Below are positions 59,831 to 64,000 of a stretch of DNA of 64,000 nucleotides, piece by piece. Position numbers and translations under genes: made by a program. The notes under the pieces are model-generated. The model worked only from the letters and a program-made list of their open reading frames with translations, was not told the origin of the DNA and searched no databases. Position 1 is the stretch's first letter; each line of letters starts with the position of its first letter. Source of the stretch: an uncultured delta proteobacterium (lineage in GTDB: Bacteria; Myxococcota; UBA727; VGSZ01); contig CAVZJB010000003.1 of NCBI GenBank assembly GCA_963775425.1, positions 544,001 to 608,000 on the forward strand. The letters are read 5' to 3'.

Positions 59831-61402
59831 GTGCGCGAGCCCGTGTTTGCCATCGTCGGCCGGCCGAACGTCGGGAAGAGCACGCTCTTCAACCGCATCG
59901 CCGGGCGACCCATCGCCATCGTCGAGGACACCCCCGGTGTCACCCGCGATCGCATCTACGCGCGCGCCGACTTCTACGTCCCCGCGGCCGAGGGCGGCGG
60001 GGAGGACCAGGCGCGCGCCGTCCTCATCGACACCGGGGGCTTCGAGCCCGCGCCGTCCACCGATCTGTTCGCCGCCGTGCGCGAGCAGACGCAGCTCGCC
60101 ATCGACGAGGCCGACGTCATCATCCACGTCGTCGACGCCCGCCAGGGCGTCTCCCCGGACGACGTCGAGGTCGCGCGGCTGTTGCGCAGGAGCGGGCGCC
60201 CCGTGGTCCTCGCCGCCAACAAGCTCGACTCGCCGAAGCAAGCCGGCCTCGACGCGCAGTTCTGGGAGCTCGGCGTCGACACCATCGTCCCCATCGCCGC
60301 CGCCCACGGCCTCGGCACCTCCGCGCTGCTCGAGGCGTGCTTCGTCAAGATCCCCGAGGCCCTGCGCGAGGGCGCCCTCGCGGCCGCGCGCGAGGCCGAC
60401 GAGGAGGCGCGCGCCCTCGACGACGCCTCCCTCGACGCGGCCCTCGAGGAGGCCGAGGCCGACGCCGAGGCCCGCGGCGGCGCGGACGACGAGGACGAGG
60501 CCGGCGCGGGGATCATCGTGGCCCTCCCCGACGTCCTGCGCATCGCCGTCGTCGGCAGGCCCAACGCGGGCAAGTCGAGCTTCGTCAACAAGCTCCTCGG
60601 CGAGGACCGCCACCTCGTCAGCCCCGTCCCCGGCACCACCGTGGACTCCATCGACAGCTTCATGGAGCACGGCGGCCGCCGCTTCCGGCTCATCGACACC
60701 GCCGGCATCCGGCGCAAGCGCAGCATCGGCGGCAGCGTCGAGAAGCACGCCGTGGTGAGCGCGCTCAAGGGCATGGACCGCGCGGACGTCGTGCTCCTGT
60801 TGCTCGACGCCATGGAGGGCCTCGCCGAGCAGGACATGAAGATCGCGTCCTTCGCCGACGACAAGAACAAGGCCGTGGTCATCGTCGTCAACAAGTGGGA
60901 TCTCGCGCGCGAGGCCAAGCCGCCCATGGCGCACCAGCAGGTGGACGGGCCGCTCGACGCCGAGGCCTACGCCAAGCAGATCCGAGAGGTCATGCCGTTC
61001 CTCGGGCACGCCCCCATCCGCTTCGTCTCCGCCAAGACCGGCAAGCGCGTCTTCGACGTCCTCGACACCGCCGTCGCCCTCGCCGAGGAGCACTTCCGGC
61101 GCATCCCCACCGGCGAGGTCAACCGCGCGCTCAAGGCCGCCGTCGACGGCCACCAGCCCCCGATGCACAAGGGCCGCCGCACGCGGCTCTACTTCGGGAC
61201 GCAGGTGCGCGCGGCGCCGCCGACCTTCGTCATCGCCGTCAACGATCCCGAGGGCGTCCACTTCAGCTACCGGCGCTACCTGCAAAACCGCTTCCGCGAA
61301 GACTTCTCCTTCGGCGGCGCCCCCATCCGCCTGATCTTCCGCAAGCGCAAGCAGACGCGGACCGCGCCGCCGCCGGGCCGGGGACGCGAGCAACGCCGGT
61401 GA
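59831..61402 (+). CDS. der: ribosome biogenesis GTPase Der/EngA
   Basis: Two G domains (GRPNVGKS/DTGG/NKLD and GRPNAGKS/DTAG/NKWD) and a KH-like C-terminus. Confidence 0.96.
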   Translation: MREPVFAIVGRPNVGKSTLFNRIAGRPIAIVEDTPGVTRDRIYARADFYVPAAEGGGEDQARAVLIDTGGFEPAPSTDLFAAVREQTQLAIDEADVIIHVVDARQGVSPDDVEVARLLRRSGRPVVLAANKLDSPKQAGLDAQFWELGVDTIVPIAAAHGLGTSALLEACFVKIPEALREGALAAAREADEEARALDDASLDAALEEAEADAEARGGADDEDEAGAGIIVALPDVLRIAVVGRPNAGKSSFVNKLLGEDRHLVSPVPGTTVDSIDSFMEHGGRRFRLIDTAGIRRKRSIGGSVEKHAVVSALKGMDRADVVLLLLDAMEGLAEQDMKIASFADDKNKAVVIVVNKWDLAREAKPPMAHQQVDGPLDAEAYAKQIREVMPFLGHAPIRFVSAKTGKRVFDVLDTAVALAEEHFRRIPTGEVNRALKAAVDGHQPPMHKGRRTRLYFGTQVRAAPPTFVIAVNDPEGVHFSYRRYLQNRFREDFSFGGAPIRLIFRKRKQTRTAPPPGRGREQRR

Positions 61403-62400
61403 GGCCGATCCGTCGAATCCCGGCGCAGCTCCGCGCGCGGTTCGACAAGATCGCCCGAGACGTCATCGGCCGGGTGCGCCGCCACAAGGTGCTCGGCGAG
61501 ATCTACGAGCTCGTCGACGGCAGCCTCGGCGACTTCGCCCGCGACCACGGCCCGATGTACGCGGGCGCGCTCGCCTTCTACGCCATCCTCTCGCTCATCC
61601 CGCTCATCATCCTCATCGCGTCGCTGTCGGGCTTCGCGCTCGCGGGGGGCACCGAGCACGCCATCGACACGTCGCTCGACGAGGTGATGATCCAGATCAA
61701 GAGGATCATCCCCTACATCGAGCCGCGCCTCGAGGACGACCTCCGCGCCATCATCCAGAACCGCAAGAGCCTCGGCGCCGTCGGCGTCTTCGCGCTGCTG
61801 TTGTCGTCGTCGGAGGTGTTCCGCGCCATCGAGTTCGCGCTCGCCCGCATCTTCGCCCGCGGCGACCACGACGAGCCGAGCTACAAAAAGGCGCAGCCGC
61901 GCAGCTACCTCGCGAGCAAGCTCGTGTTCAGCGCGTTCGTCACGGCGCTGGTGCTCGCGTTCATCGGCATCCGCCTCTTCGCCGGCGGGCTCACCCACCT
62001 GGCCCTCGCCGTGCACCTGCCGCGGGTGGCGAACCTGTTGGCCGATCCTTTCGGCAACGGGGCGGTGGGGCAGGTGGCGACGGCGGCGGGCATCGTCCTC
62101 GGCTTCGTGGTGATGCTCAAGGTGTTCACGCAGCAGAAGGTGCACGCGCGCTTCGCCTTCATCGGCGCGGCGCTGTTCTACCTGCTCTTTCAGGCCGCCC
62201 ACGCCGTCTACGACGCGTACATCGAGCGCATCACGAACGTCGGTGCCATGTACGGCAGCTTCGCCACGCTCATCATCGTGGTCCTGTGGATCTACTACTC
62301 GGCGACGCTCCTGCTCATCTGCTGCCACGTCACCAAGACGGTACAGCGGCGCATGCTGCACGGCCCCCGCTGGCCCAAGGACAAGCTGTCGCTGTGGTGA
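61399..62400 (+). CDS. YihY/BrkB family membrane protein
   Basis: AGALAFYAILSLIP, YGSFATLIIVVLWIY; GTGA overlap with der. Confidence 0.88.
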   Translation: MRPIRRIPAQLRARFDKIARDVIGRVRRHKVLGEIYELVDGSLGDFARDHGPMYAGALAFYAILSLIPLIILIASLSGFALAGGTEHAIDTSLDEVMIQIKRIIPYIEPRLEDDLRAIIQNRKSLGAVGVFALLLSSSEVFRAIEFALARIFARGDHDEPSYKKAQPRSYLASKLVFSAFVTALVLAFIGIRLFAGGLTHLALAVHLPRVANLLADPFGNGAVGQVATAAGIVLGFVVMLKVFTQQKVHARFAFIGAALFYLLFQAAHAVYDAYIERITNVGAMYGSFATLIIVVLWIYYSATLLLICCHVTKTVQRRMLHGPRWPKDKLSLW

Positions 62401-62471
62401 CCCTGGCCCGGCGCCTGCGCCCCATCGTGAGGCCGTTGACGACGACGGCGTCGGGTGAGACCACGCGCCGC

Positions 62472-63689
62472 ATGGAACCGGGCTCGTACGAGCGGCTGCG
62501 GCGCGCCGTCGACGGCGTGCCGCTCCCGTGCGCGGTGGTCGACCTCGACGCGCTCGAGAGCAACGCGCGCGCGCTCAACGGCATCGCGCGCGCCGCGGGC
62601 AAGGGCCTGCGGCTCGCCACCAAGTCCGTGCGCTGCCCCCGGCTGATTCGTCACGTCGTCGACGGCGGCGAGGGCACCGTGCGCGGCCTGATGACCTATA
62701 CGGCCACCGAGACGGCGTTCCTCGCGGAGCAGGGCCACGACGACCTGCTGCTCGCGTACCCCACGGCGCAAAAGAGCGACGCCGACATCCTCGCGGGGCT
62801 CACCGCGCAAGGAAAGACCGTGAGCTGCGTCGTCGACGACGAGGCGCACCTCCACGCGCTGAACGCCGCCGCCGTCCGCGCCGGCGACGGCGTGCGCGTG
62901 CGCGTCACCATCGAGATCGACATGTCGTTTCGCCCCGTCGGCGGCGTGCACCTCGGCGTGCGCCGCAGCCCCCTGCACACGGCGGCGGACGTCGCGGCGT
63001 TCGCGCAGCGGGTGAAGGTCCACGAGCGCCTGATCGTCGACGGCGTCATGGGCTACGAGGCGCAGATCGCCGGCGTCACCGACAACAGCCCGTTCAAGCC
63101 GATGATGAACGCGCCCAAGCGCATCCTGAAGCTCCTGTCCAAGCCGGCCGTTGCCTCGACGCGCGCGTCGGTGGCGGCGGCGCTCAAGGGCGCGGGCTTC
63201 TCCTTGCGCCTCTTCAACGGCGGCGGCACCGGGAGCCTGCGCTGGTCCTCGGCGGAGGACGCGCTCACCGAGGTCACCGCCGGCTCGGGTTACCTGGACA
63301 GCCAGCTCTTCTCCTACTACCGCGACCTCGACCTGCGGCCCGCGGCGTTCTTCGCGCTCCAGGTGGTGCGCAAGCCGGCGCCCGGGATGGTGACCTGTCA
63401 CGGCGGCGGCTACGTCGCCTCGGGCGAGGTCGGCGCCGACCGGCTGCCGGTGCCGGCGCTGCCGGAGGGCCTGGCGCTCCTGCCGCTCGAGGGCGCGGGC
63501 GAGGTCCAGACGCCCCTGCTGGTCGACGAGCGGGCGGCGGCGCCCCGCGTCGGCGATCCCGTGTTCTTTCGGCACGCCAAGGCCGGCGAGCTCGCCGAGC
63601 ACTTCAACGAGTACCTCCTGGTGCGCGGCGACAGCGTCGTCGAGCGCGCGCCCACCTACCGCGGCCTCGGGCAGTGCTTCCTGGGGTGA
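62472..63689 (+). CDS. PLP-dependent alanine-racemase-fold deaminase/aldolase
   Basis: VDLDALESN, RLATKSVR, GVMGYEAQIAG, NGGGTGS, RHAKAGE. Confidence 0.8.
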   Translation: MEPGSYERLRRAVDGVPLPCAVVDLDALESNARALNGIARAAGKGLRLATKSVRCPRLIRHVVDGGEGTVRGLMTYTATETAFLAEQGHDDLLLAYPTAQKSDADILAGLTAQGKTVSCVVDDEAHLHALNAAAVRAGDGVRVRVTIEIDMSFRPVGGVHLGVRRSPLHTAADVAAFAQRVKVHERLIVDGVMGYEAQIAGVTDNSPFKPMMNAPKRILKLLSKPAVASTRASVAAALKGAGFSLRLFNGGGTGSLRWSSAEDALTEVTAGSGYLDSQLFSYYRDLDLRPAAFFALQVVRKPAPGMVTCHGGGYVASGEVGADRLPVPALPEGLALLPLEGAGEVQTPLLVDERAAAPRVGDPVFFRHAKAGELAEHFNEYLLVRGDSVVERAPTYRGLGQCFLG

Positions 63690-63711
63690 ACACGATGAAC
63701 GGAGTGCTCGC

Positions 63712-64000
63712 TTGAAGCTGGTCTATCGAGACAGGAGCGCCGACCCCGCGGGTTGGGCGCGTGACCTCGGCATCTCCAAAGAGGCCGTCGACGTCTACCT
63801 CGCCGGCGACGTTATCGACCTGCACATGGAGACGTTCATCTGGCAGCGCTCGCTCGCCTACGACATGACCAAGCGGCACGGCCGCGGGCCGTTCGGCGCG
63901 CGCATGTTCGGCCAGCTCGACCTGCCGCGCGTGCGCGAGGCGAGCATCACGGGCGGCACCTGGTCCATCTCCACCAACCCGCTGCGCCCGTCGAAGAACC
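63712..64000 (+). CDS. membrane dipeptidase (peptidase M19) family, truncated at the window edge
   Basis: TTG after GGAG; IDLHME, GQLDLPR; open to the end. Confidence 0.65.
   Translation, partial: MKLVYRDRSADPAGWARDLGISKEAVDVYLAGDVIDLHMETFIWQRSLAYDMTKRHGRGPFGARMFGQLDLPRVREASITGGTWSISTNPLRPSKN

Overview
High-GC bacterial DNA, most consistent with a Myxococcota/deltaproteobacterium. Supporting signs are many sigma54 activators, Cys-rich and GEGEGE-repeat lipoproteins, an AgmX/PglI-like protein and an ATC-initiated infC. The window mixes housekeeping blocks (thrS-infC-rpmI-rplT-pheS-pheT-ihfA-merR; tmk-folP; tilS-ftsH; der) with accessory blocks. The accessory blocks are: a Crp/Fnr-kinase-desaturase unit; tandem Cys-rich lipoproteins; a Fe/Cu/redox cluster (di-heme lipoprotein, Fur-boxed cytochrome c-FTR1 fusion, DUF302, CopA, ApbE, PCuAC, SCO); an NtrC/Pal/kinase/response-regulator locus; and a sigma54-controlled persulfide-detoxification cluster. 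No rRNA, tRNA or CRISPR array was seen. The most notable observations are: a ~108-aa insertion inside ThrRS; a circularly permuted tandem C-type lectin lipoprotein; two sigma54 promoters with identical tandem CGCA-N3-TGCG enhancer geometry; a 48-bp inverted repeat enclosing a transposase remnant; a small basic protein with a clamp-binding-like motif; and two apparent internal-deletion remnants. All calls come from reading motifs by eye; no searches were run.
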